From Squatina squatina (lineage: Eukaryota), in assembly GCA_031763465.1 (NCBI GenBank), contig JARFOE010000016.1, forward strand, positions 6,971,430 through 7,007,435: a DNA stretch of 36,006 bases, given 5' to 3'. A program made the position numbers and the translations under genes. Positions 11,990 through 22,992 of this stretch are shown here, in pieces. How positions within the stretch are numbered: position 1 is the first letter of the stretch; every line of letters begins with the position of its first letter. The notes below the pieces were generated by a model that had not been told where the DNA came from, searched no databases, and saw nothing but the letters and a program-made list of their open reading frames with translations.

Positions 11990-12268
11990 GCTCAAACGTT
12001 TTTTGCCCTGTAATGTACGAGCTGATAACATCATGGCGAGAGCAATGGGGCATCTGGGACTTGGTGAATAATGGACCGACAGTCCATCTCCTTAACCACT
12101 GAGATTTAATAACTGAGAAAGAAACAGAGGGAAGTCGGAGAAGGAAATGGGGTGAATTAAATTCAAATCAGGTACAGAAAGAGAAATAAAGAGAGGGAAA
12201 GAAAGGTTGGATTAAGAGAGAGAAAAACGAAAGAAAAATTAAGATAAAATTAAAAAATTGACATTTAT
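11990..12268 (+). repeat. Interspersed repeat, copy 1 (unclassified, probably a non-autonomous DNA transposon)
   Basis: Shares ggggcatctgg...atctcct.aacca...gggtgaatt... and an exact 26-nt block aaatcaggtacagaaagagaaataaa (12165-12190) with 35895-35920. Confidence 0.75.
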
Positions 12269-14008
12269 NNNNNNNNNNNNNNNNNNNNNNNNNNNNNNNN
12301 NNNNNNNNNNNNNNNNNNNNNNNNNNNNNNNNNNNNNNNNNNNNNNNNNNNNNNNNNNNNNNNNNNNNAAGGTGATGAATTAGAAACTGAAATAGAACAT
12401 CTCCCCAAGACATCAGCAAGCCCTTCCTTGTAGCTGATGCCCCAGCTGACAGCTCAAAGATGAGGATTTGAAGCCACATCATTCAGTATGTAGGTTGAAG
12501 GATCCCACTATCACATTTGCCATTGAGAAATATTTCCAAAATAAAGCAAACTGAGATATTTTCTACAGTTTACAGTTCAGTCTTATTATACATGTTAATG
12601 GATAATTACCCTGCATCATTTTGAATTTCCCTTGAAACTACATTAATTGCTTTTAAATTATCATTTAATGAGAGACGATTAGTATATTAAAGAGCCATTG
12701 TCATCCTACTGGAAGGATGAGAAAGTTGAATGATTGTAGTAACAGTTTAGAAAAAACTACAGTTGCCAACAGCAACAGGGAATCAAATATTGATTGGACC
12801 AGGTCAGACTTAATTTTATCCACTTTCTATTATTCTTATGGCAATAAATAAAATGGCCCGGATTTTGTGGTTATAATAACAGCGACACTGTCAGCATTCG
12901 CNNNNNNNNNNNNNNNNNNNNNNNNNNNNNNNNNNNNNNNNNNNNNNNNNNNNNNNNNNNNNNNNNNNNNNNNNNNNNNNNNNNNNNNNNNNNNNNNNNN
13001 NAGAAAGAATTGAATACATTTAAACAATTGAAAACATTTTTTAGTAGGTAGTAGTCTGGAGTCTGTCACGCCGCTGAGAATTAGCCATTGTTGTTTCAAA
13101 ACCTGAATGTGCCGATGAACAAAATTAAAAACATTGCTGGCATGGAGTTCTTGTGAAAGGAATGAAACTGGGCAGCTATTGTCTTCAAATCTGACATGAA
13201 ACAGATGAACTAGCACTGAATACCAAGTAAATAATCTGTCCAGGAAAATGTTCAGCTCCCAATTACTAATAGGTAGTCATAGCACTTCAACAGTGTAGCA
13301 TGAAAGAGCATGAAATAAGGTTATAGTGAACTGTATTTGTTTATCATGACAGCCACACTTCATTTTCATGCAAGCTGTTACCCAACAGCACAGACAATGT
13401 TGTCATTGTTGCATTTTGCAATCAAGCCTGTAATTACAATCAATTTTCATTCTGCACCTTGGTTGAATACAATTTTAATTACTGTACATCAAATAAGCAT
13501 TGCCTTATACATGAGCAGATTATTCAGTGTTACTGGGAGAAAGACATATCTATGGTAATTCTGCACAATATCTGAACTGCGCAGTGTTTTCAGCTATGTT
13601 GGTTATTCATGATCAGATCGCTAGCTGCAGGTGTAAAAGAGGCAATAAAAAATACAGGTCCCTGTTGCATACAGCTTTGGTTAAAAATCACATCTGAGGT
13701 CAGCGAAAATGCAATTCTACTGGTGCACTTGTCAACATTCAGATTTATGGACCATAAAGTAAATCATGGCGATACAACCTGTGGATCTGATATTATTATC
13801 GCAAAACAGCAGGAATTATTGTTAAAATTTAATGGACCAAGTTGGAATTGCAGCACTCAGTCCTGAAGCCCACAATCTACCCTTGGTTGCAAGGGACATC
13901 TCATTCCACTCTTTAATGTAGTGAGTATAGTTAGTTGTAAGTATCTCAATACAATTCCACGTGTACCTTTAAAGGAAAGATAAGGGACACCTTGTCCACA
14001 TTTACAGT

Positions 14009-14180
14009 CAATGTTCCCTGTAGGCTGCACTCTGTTTGGCGTAGCCTGTTTCTGTCATTGCGCAGTCCCTTTAAATTTCTGCGCAAGCGCGGTATTTACA
14101 CTGTAACAGCCCGTGCGCAGCCTGCCGGGGGTGGGGGGGGCACCTTTTTCATGTTGCCGCGCAGCTTAGAGGGAACATTG
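14009..14180. mobile_element. hAT-like MITE with terminal inverted repeats, copy 1
   Basis: Left TIR caatgttccctgtaggctgcac versus reverse complement of the right end caatgttccctctaagctgcgc (19/22). No intact TSD (tttacagt vs catcaggg). A related copy is at 34349-34493. Confidence 0.8.
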
Positions 14181-14296
14181 CATCAGGGCATTTTAAAATG
14201 GGGGCATGTTAACTCATTTTCAGTCTGCGCATTCAGCAAAGTGGAGTGTGTTGGGATACTTCTGTGGGCGCAATGTCGCTTGAATTACGGTGCGAG

Positions 14297-14578
14297 CAAA
14301 TGAAGATATGCTGTATTGGAAAAAGAAAATGTCAGAAATACGCAGGCCAGTCAGCATCTGTGCTACAGACACCGGTTAATGTTTTGGGCTGGGGCATTTG
14401 CCAACTCCGGTTGGATGTGCTATCACATGACCTCCTGGCTCACCCTGTCAAACAGCCTTTTCCTCCCATATCCAATATTTTTATTACTATTAATAAAAGA
14501 AAGTGTTCAATGAAAATGGAACAAACACTGATTATTTAAATGTCCCCTTATGCTCTTTCTCCCAGATGTTGCTTGCAG
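14297..14578. mobile_element. Degenerate Penelope-like terminus with inverted partner
   Basis: 14325-14405 (gaaaatgtcagaaatacgcaggccagtcagcatctgtg...gttaatgttttgggc) aligns with 21880-21965. 14550-14578 (ctttctcccagatgttgcttg) is the same motif inverted. Confidence 0.5.
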
Positions 14579-14579
14579 C

Positions 14580-14646
14580 AGTGCCCAGGAGATTAATCTT
14601 TAATTCCTGGAGACTCCAGGCCAATCCTGGAGGGTTGACAATCATA
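14580..14646. mobile_element. Terminal fragment of a hAT-like MITE (TAGGGTTGCCA-type TIR)
   Basis: cctggagactccaggccaatcctggagggttgacaatcata carries subterminal ctccagg/cctggag repeats and a degenerate (t)ggcaacccta end. Confidence 0.45.
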
Positions 14647-14692
14647 TTTGGGTGGGACCTATTTTAACACAAGAAGGTGAATAGTTTGCTCT

Positions 14693-14873
14693 CTCAAACA
14701 CTGGTTTGGCCTCAACTGGAGCACTGTGTCCAATTCTGGGCACCACACTTCAGGAAGGATGTGAAGGTTTTATAGAGGGTGTAGAAAAGATTTACAAGAA
14801 TGGTTCCAGGGATGAGGGACCTCAGTTACGTGGATAGACTGGAGAAGCTGGGATTGCTCTCCTTAGAGCAGGG
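14693..14873 (+). mobile_element. CR1 LINE ORF2 C-terminal fragment (stop-disrupted)
   Basis: Translates TLVWPQLEHCVQFWAPHFRKDVKVL*RV*KRFTRMVPGMRDLSYVDRLEKLGLLSLEQ and runs into a gap. Confidence 0.92.
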
Positions 14874-15067
14874 NNNNNNNNNNNNNNNNNNNNNNNNNNN
14901 NNNNNNNNNNNNNNNNNNNNNNNNNNNNNNNNNNNNNNNNNNNNNNNNNNNNNNNNNNNNNNNNNNNNNNNNNCATCAGTTCTACAGCCAGCTCCATTGA
15001 ATCCCTGTGAAGCACTACATAGCTCCAAGCTCTTTCTCTGTATCCTTAATCCCAAGGGGGTGGAACG

Positions 15068-15135
15068 AGCCTTTGGCTTAGTGGTAGCATTCCCGCTCTG
15101 AAGCAGAAGTCTTAGGGTTTGAATCCGGTATAGAA
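15068..15135 (+). mobile_element. tRNA-derived SINE head
   Basis: A box tggcttagtgg and B-box-like ggtttgaatcc. Similar to the head at 10325-10385 (cccgct..gaagcagaag/gaagcaggag). Confidence 0.6.
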
Positions 15136-16185
15136 AGTCCCGTTGAGTGCCAACTGGCTCTGAATTCTGCATTGACATCCAGCAGGATACTCATGTCTGG
15201 CGGGTGTGGCTGGCTGCCCCTCATTGTATGGATTGTGGAAGACTATAAAACCTTCCTACCATACAGGACTAAACACCCTATTGGCTGGTATAAAGACAGT
15301 TATTATCATGGAAGGAGATTCACCAGGTGTCACTCCTTCACTAACACCTCCTGATGCATGGGAGTAAAGAAGCAAGTAACAGTAATGATGAGTTTGAGAG
15401 CTTGTGAGATTGTTATTCAGCCTGGAAATCTTTCCACTATTTCACACTATTCTCCAAGGGAAAATTGTGATGATACTAAGACAACAATATCCCAATAGGG
15501 TAATGTTCACCCATTTCTAGCTTGTACCCTTCTTTCATGCAGATGCAACACAACAACAGAGGGTATAGGAGGAAAAGGAAGAGGCGTAGGTTGATGACAA
15601 TCATGAGGAGAAGGAACAGACACGCAAATGCCTACTTGTGAACAATGATGATGATGAAAAGATAAAGGAGATGAAGGAAATTAAGCTGGACTCCTGTTCC
15701 CTCAGAGATCTCCTGCCCTGTGTTCCTTTTCTCTAACTCTCTCAAACTCATCTCTTGTGTCACTTGCTTCTTCATTCCCATGCTCCAACTCAGATGCTTT
15801 CATCTGGGGGTGTTAGTGAAGTAGTGATACCTGGTGATTCACAGAGCACTAGGAAATTGACAGAGTGAGTGAGTATAGTTGCCTTCACAATGGCGCTTGT
15901 GGATGTGTATATGCATGTGGATGTGTTTGTATGTATTAATATATATGATAGGAGCTTAAAGGCTGATGTTTCTTCAATATGTCTAGCCGGCAACTCATAG
16001 CCTCATTAGTCTTTTCGTTTCTGTATCAATCTTGCTTTACACTTGCTGCTGGCAGTATAGGTCTGGTTAGCTTTCAAATTTGGCCATGTAGCTTTCACTT
16101 TGTCTGCAGTAGCAAGCCCATGAGTAATTATATGACAGGATATAGATTCCTGATGTTAAAAATAGAATCATTAAAAGGAAATTAT

Positions 16186-16246
16186 AATGTTCCAAAGTTC
16201 TCTCAATTCAGGAACCGTTCCTTTAGATTGGAAAATTGTGCATTGC
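16186..16246 (+). mobile_element. Short internal CR1 ORF2 fragment (pre-RT region)
   Basis: FQSSLNSGTVPLDWKIVH matches the CR1 motif FQSSLxSGxVPxDWKxAxV. Confidence 0.75.
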
Positions 16247-18276
16247 CCTGCCACTAGTACTTCCTGTCAATTTGAGTACCTACCCATTATTGCNNNNNNN
16301 NNNNNNNNNNNNNNNNNNNNNNNNNNNNNNNNNNNNNNNNNNNNNNNNNNNNNNNNNNNNNNNNNNNNNNNNNNNNNNNNNNNNNNNNNNNNNGAAATTA
16401 GGCACTTGGACTCATTTTCCAAAATCTACAATAGTGCATCTGCTAATTCTGCATAAAGGCAGTGTTATTTTCCCCTCTGTGTGTAATAAACTGTGAATCA
16501 TAATAAAAGAGTAATATAAAACAAATCAACACTATAATGGCAAATGTCGAGTACCCTGTTGGAGATAAAAGATCATGCCAGGTGTAATCTGGACTCTGAA
16601 ATTAGGTGCTTCATCACAAGCAAATTGGGCCAAAAAACCCTAATGCTTCAGTTGAGTTTCAAAGCATTCAATTATTTGATTTTAAGTAAGGCAGAAAATG
16701 TTTTTATTCCTTTGTGGAACCTTGCAAATCACAAAGACGGTTCTTTCTATGGAAACCTAGTCGTGTGTGAAGATTCGCAGTGTTCTCCATCCAGTGCTGT
16801 CCTTGTTGCTGTGCCCTGAAGGGGGATTTGCTTTGTCAGGATTGTGTTATTATTTATCATTATAGCAGACATACTTACTGTACTATATATTTATTATGAT
16901 AATCTGTAACTGATATATGAATTGAATACATATATACATCAACTAGGCTTTTCAATCACATTTGCTGGCAATTTAAGTTAATGCTATCTGTCCAGCTTCT
17001 TTGCATTTGTGTCTGAACAAAGCATTGCATATAAATCACTCATCCTCCACCACAGCTCCTGGCTAAGAATTGAGATATTACTGTTGGCTCTGTTACTACA
17101 ATTTTGACACAGAAAGATATACAAATGCAATTTATTTTTGGATGATGATGAAAAGAGCCACCTGATCATCAAATTTCACACCGCTGATTCAAATTTTGGG
17201 TTTGTCTCAGAAATTCTCTTGGATCCATCAGCAGTGCTGGTCACTCCAGTAAGTGGTCACGTTCAGGAGCGTGCCTGTATTGCCAATATCTAATCATATG
17301 GTAGTGTAACCCAGGGCTGTAAGAGTAATACTCCCATGTGATATTGGCTGCATTGTATGTTTAACACGTACTTCTCGAATCTTTCAGTAGGTGGACTGAA
17401 AATACTTTCGTGAGAAAAGGCCAAATTTGAATTGTAACATTGCTTTATTTTACAGACAGCAAATGAACTTACACAGCAGCATTTTACATTTAAAAAAATC
17501 ATTTACTTCAGTTATTTTCAAACTTCTCCTTGTGAATAAGAAAAATAATAAATCAGACAACCTTGTCCCAGTTCGTGGGCTAAATACACTTGCTTTTCGT
17601 CTATCTTAGCATTGAAACTGACCAAAGGTTTTCAGCACTAATCTTACAATAAACTGCCAAGGCTTTCCTTGCCTTTGTCTCAGCAGGCCATCTAAACTGA
17701 CTCTCAACTTCCAGCAGTGTTCCTTTGTCATTTTTTCCTCTGTACTCTCATTATAAGTGGGGCGGTTGTGGGCACGGCTTACCTTCTGACCAGAGGTTTG
17801 GAGGAAGGCCTGTCAAATAAACTGGCTACCCTCCTTCCCAAAAGTGGACTCTCACTGGACTCTCCTACCAATTGACCCCCGTTGAGCACAAATTAATAGA
17901 ATCATCCCAAACATTAGGCGTAGATGTTTGCTGGGAGTTTGAAATGAGTTAATGACCCACACAGCATAAATACATAAGAAACGCAACATCAATGGTTTGA
18001 GAACGTCTGGCTTTTTAAGGCAATACTTTATTAAAATTCTGAGCTGCAAGCAAAACTCTAACCCTTTTTAGATTCACTGCAACTTAAATGCAAACACTTT
18101 AATATCACTCATCTTCAAATTTTTTTCCCTAGCAAAATGGTAAAAGGTCCAGAATTGTGACGACGCTGCTAAAATGNNNNNNNNNNNNNNNNNNNNNNNN
18201 NNNNNNNNNNNNNNNNNNNNNNNNNNNNNNNNNNNNNNNNNNNNNNNNNNNNNNNNNNNNNNNNNNNNNNNNNNNN

Positions 18277-18410
18277 TAGATCAGGAGTGTGAACTGGGAA
18301 GTAAGGCTGGACGAGATTTGGAGAACTAGGGTGCGGCAAGCCCATGGAGGGATTTGCGGCTAGGAATGAGGACTTTGAAATTAACACACTAGTGGGTGCG
18401 GAGGTTGGTG
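18277..18410 (-). mobile_element. L2-like LINE fragment
   Basis: gagaactagggtgcggcaagcccatggagggatttgcggctaggaatgaggactttgaaatt resembles antisense L2 ORF2 3' sequence common in cartilaginous fish (recall). Confidence 0.45.
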
Positions 18411-21400
18411 AGGACAGCTGTGATGGCCTTCATGATAAAGAGTCCACTGATATCATTGGATGCTCCCAGCCCCAAATTTCTCTCATAAGTGCTCCACGCT
18501 CATTCAGAATCGTACACTAGCATGAGTGACCACACATGCACATGGAATCAGAGGGAATATTGAAGCAGAAAATTAGATGAGCATTGACACTCGTATCTAC
18601 TGTAAATGTGCAGAAATTCAGAATGATTTCTCTCATATATTGGTACATATTATTGAACAGAAATGTAAGTATCTTCCCTACATATCAGCTCACATGGGGG
18701 CATTTTTCTTTGTGTTAGATGGTGAAAGGTACACCGCTACTGACGGCACACTGAGTATCTTCTTTAGACCAACTCTGTAAGCCTGACAATTCAGGGCTGG
18801 AGCTATGCCATGGAATGATGCAGCAGTGGCTTCATCTCCTATTCACTGAGTTCCTGATCCCAGCCTGGTCTGGTGGGGAAATACTAGGCCAAAGTCAGGC
18901 ACAATCCTCAGGGAAGAAAGGAAAATTAATGGGAAAGTAGTCCTCAGGCATTCTCATGAGTCCCCTTGCAACTGCTTTAGAATGGCATTGGTGGAGTCTT
19001 GGGAATGGTTGATTCAGGAAAATCAATGGGGGAGAAAATAGAGTAAAGCATGAAATAATTAAAAATTATATAATTGAATCTGCCTGTGAATCTTTTAATC
19101 CCCAAATTCAACACAGCCAGTTAAATTTGAAGGTGCTGAGCGTGTTAGTATTTGTGCTACAGTTAGATGCCCAGCACTGACTTTAAATTAGAAAAACGGA
19201 TAAGAGAAAGACTTAGCAAGATAGGGTTGATTGCAAAAGGACCTTGGTGCTTGTCCTTGGAATGTAATGCATCTACTGTCATAAGAAGCCATTGTTACCG
19301 TGATACTGTTCAGAAAATCTCAACAAGGTCACAGATTGTAAAAGGCAGTCAGTTCACTTCACATGTTTATGTTCTGATGGGCTGAATTGGGTGCCCAAAG
19401 TTTTAACAACCTTATGCTACAGCTTCTGTGTATTTAACAATATAAGCATCACAGTCCAGTGGGCACAATGTAAGGTGTGAATAACAGGAAGAGGAACTGA
19501 AAGAAAGCTAGTGAAAGATGTTTTCATTGACAGAATAGTTGACTAATGGCAAGATTTAATAGAAAAATGACTATTCAGTTCAGCAGTAAATCTTGTATGT
19601 TGTTGTTGTGTAGCTTCATATTGACCGAGCCAGAACAACTGTTTCTTCAAGCTTCTTAATTAGTGAGTGGAAGTTGGAGGATTCTGTGGGAGTAGAATTT
19701 ACATTTTGCAAACTGGTAATAACATATGTCATCTGAGAGTTCAGCACAGGGAATAATTGGAAGTGTATGCACATATTGAGGCTTGTGAATTTGCATCTGC
19801 AATTCTCCACACACTAATNNNNNNNNNNNNNNNNNNNNNNNNNNNNNNNNNNNNNNNNNNNNNNNNNNNNNNNNNNNNNNNNNNNNNNNNNNNNNNNNNN
19901 NNNNNNNNNNNNNNNNNNGGTTATTTAATGCGTTTGACCCAACAGCACCTGTTTACACCATCTCCAAAAGTTAAAATTAACCCCAAAGTATCACTCTTGT
20001 TTCTCGTGATATGCAATACACTCACTGCAGTCATGAATAATGTCTCAGCTAAAGAAAAATTAATCTCATTATATATTTAGATTCAGATAAAATACACGGT
20101 GAACAGTGAATTGTTTGAGGGAATGGGAGAACAATTGTTACACAAATCTTGAGCCTCACAGGTTCTCCCAACCTCATCTCCTACATTAAAACAACCAAAG
20201 GCACAACACTTTTACAATATCTTTTTATCGTGTAAGTTTGATGCATGTCATCAGAACTAAAATTGTAATACATTCATCAGTCATATCTGCTGTCACCTTT
20301 CTGCATATTTCACATGAATAATTATTTAAGTTTACAATACGAATTATAATAACTGCTTCCAGGCAATATTGACACAGTAAAGTGCCTGTCTGACAGCCTG
20401 ATGCAATGTTGGCATTCTGGAAATGATTGTACTGTTCAGAAAATGACCTTATAAATCATCATTATTATGCTGCTCAGGGTGTGTGACATTAAGAACTAAA
20501 CCTATAAACTTTCAGTCTTCCGTTCTCTAGTTAAAAATATATTTTATATAGTGGTGTCCTTGCAATAGACATACTGTGCTTTGCAATTTTACATTTCACA
20601 TATAATTCTATAAATTCGAGTCCATTGTAAGATGCAGCTCTGCATTTCAAAACTGTATTAAATACCAAAGCATCAGAAAAGCTATTATTTATAAAACTCA
20701 AGAGATCAGATAAACCTAGCTTCATCTATTCTCACATGTCCTTTGGTATTAAAGTCAAGGAGATCTCAGAATAGGCTTACTTGTACACTGTGTGATTTAC
20801 AGATGATTGTTCATTGCATTACTGCCATTCTGTTTCTTAAAGCATGCAGAAGCAATACATATCTTGTTCTGGACATTTTTCACTAGTAATACTTGGAATG
20901 GCTTTACTATAGATGTATTTACCTAGAGGTCTTCAACTATGACATGAAATAAAACCTAAAGCCTTTTTTACAGCTGAAAAAAGGGGGGAAAATTGCACTG
21001 TATTTTCTTTACAGCACTGACAAATATCAGCACTGTATGCTGTAAAGCTGCTGAATTCAGGCCAAACTTCAAGGTTACCTCCGAGAGGTTACCTCAGAGA
21101 ATGGGAAAATTCAATTTTAAGATGCCCTCTGCCAATACATGGGAAGTTTGTCGAACAAATGATTCAGGCTAATATAATGATCTTCAAGTGTAGTTCCATA
21201 ATTATTCATCAAAGCTACAATGCTCTTAAGAATTTTTTTTTAAATGAGCAGATTCACTAATAGTAACAAAATTTAGCTTTAGAAGAAATCGATTTATGAA
21301 GAAGTCCCTGTCTGGGGCTGTATCATCCAGCTGTACCACAACTGATGGAGATAAACAGCCAAGAAAAAGGGGTAACAAAAGAAAATCTTGTCATGTTGAT

Positions 21401-21835
21401 AGGCAAAGACCTTTACTAAGTTGAAAAAGTCAATTCTGTTACATAGCCAAAATATTGTTTTTTTATTTTAGCACTTTTTACATAATCCTCCTTCAGTCAG
21501 TGTGGTCTAACTTCTAAACTCTGTACCATTACTGCCAATGAACTGTAGATCGGCCAAAAGTAAACATAATGTAGCCCAGAAAGCCTGTGTAAATTCTAGG
21601 AAAGTGACTGAGGCTATTCAATTGCACAGTAATAAGTTGAGGGTGGGCATGGAGTCCGAACTTCCTGCCTTCCAAATGCAACAGGTTGAGGGAGGGACAA
21701 GGCAAAATTCACTACCTCATATACTAGCAAACTAGTCCACCCTCAGCTCTGGCATAAAACAACACCCTCACCACAAATTTATGGACAATGATCCTGAAGG
21801 ACACCTGCCAAACAAAGCAACTGCTGTACAGATGT

Positions 21836-21972
21836 ACAGAAGCTAAATACTGTGGATGCTGGAATCTAGAAGATAAACAAAAAATGCTGGAACAACTCAG
21901 CATGTCAGGCAGCATCTGTGGAGAGAAAAACAGCATTAACGTTTCAGGTCGATGACCCTTCGTCAGAACTGA
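21836..21972 (-). mobile_element. Penelope-like element terminal repeat (pLTR) fragment
   Basis: aaatactgtggatgctggaatc...aaaatgctggaacaactcagcatgtcaggcagcatctgtggagagaaaaacagcattaacgtttcaggtcgatgacccttcgtcagaact. Further copies lie at 28762-28817 and about 14300. It carries a hammerhead core on the minus strand. Confidence 0.75.
21935..21972 (-). ncRNA. Minimal type I hammerhead ribozyme motif (Penelope-associated)
   Basis: Minus-strand RNA UCAGUU-CUGACGA-AGGGUCAUCGACCU-GAAAC-GUU-AAU has the CUGANGA and GAAA cores, a stem II, a palindromic AACGUU stem III, a GUU cleavage triplet, and a short stem I (GUU/AAU). Confidence 0.7.
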
Positions 21973-22631
21973 NNNNNNNNNNNNNNNNNNNNNNNNNNNN
22001 NNNNNNNNNNNNNNNNNNNNNNNNNNNNNNNNNNNNNNNNNNNNNNNNNNNNNNNNNNNNNNNNNNNNNNNNAAGTAAATAATGACATGCTTAATGCTTG
22101 AGGGAATCGCTTTCAAAGTAGAATAAATGGAAGAATCCCAAAAAGTAATTTGAAATTTTGGACAGCTGGATTAAAGCTGATCGATGTTTTCTTTTTCCAG
22201 CTTGACATGAATACTAATGTGATAAAAGAAATCAATGTATCCAAAAAAATTTAAAAACAGATTAAAGCAGTAATTACCCTATTGATTAGTACCTGCAATT
22301 GGCAAAAACATTGGAGTGAAGCAGATGCAGAGTTTAGCACATTTAAGTGTCGTCTGTTTCGGGTATAGGCTGTCGTATTCTACACATTGTGAGCTCTTTG
22401 CTAGATAAAACTACTGATTATTATCGTATTACATCAGTTAGTCGTACTTACAATCTCTATTTTTCAACCAGCAGATGTTAACTGAATATTAAATTTAAAT
22501 TCTAATTTAAAGTTTTGAATTGGGCCTATTTAGCTTTAGAAATGGCCACCTCCATTTATTTTTGGGGGGAACAAAAGATGCTGATTTGTATACGTGAAAA
22601 GAGGATTGTTGGTTCAGTTGCTAATGTTTGA

Positions 22632-22992
22632 GGAGTACTGAGGCTAAAATGGTTAAATTATGAGGATAGGTTGCATAGACTCAGCTTGTATTCCCTTGAG
22701 TATGGAAGATCAAGGGGTGATCTAATTGAGATGTTTATGATTAAAGGANNNNNNNNNNTTCATACAAAGGGTAGTGGAAATCTGGAACGCTTTCTATTCC
22801 CCACCCCCCAAAAATAAAATGCTGTTAAGGCTCGGTCAATTGAAAATTTCAAATCTGAGATTGATAGGTTTTTGTTGGGTAAGGGTATTAAGGGGTATGG
22901 AACCAAAGCGGGTAGATGGAATTAAGTTACAGATCAGCCATGATCTAATTGAACGGCGGAATAGGCTCAAGGGGCTGAATGGCCTCCTTTTT
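22632..22992 (+). mobile_element. CR1 LINE 3' end
   Basis: Reads LNYEDRLHRLSLYSLEYGRSRGDLIEMF, then a 10-N gap, then QRVVEIWN...FKSEIDRFL, followed by the 3' UTR cagatcagccatgatctaattgaacggcggaataggctcaaggggctgaatggcctcc. Confidence 0.9.

Noticed and set aside
15068-15135. tRNA gene
   Set aside because: It has A/B-box-like motifs but no cloverleaf or acceptor stem, so it is a SINE head.
16544-16819. 91-aa ATG-initiated ORF, and other short gap-free ORFs such as 1953-2321 and 7733-8059
   Set aside because: No recognisable domain or splice context. Such lengths occur by chance.
19200-19560. Possible ancient CR1 fragment (ERLSKIGL; FIDRIVD*W)
   Set aside because: The motifs are short and not convincingly colinear.
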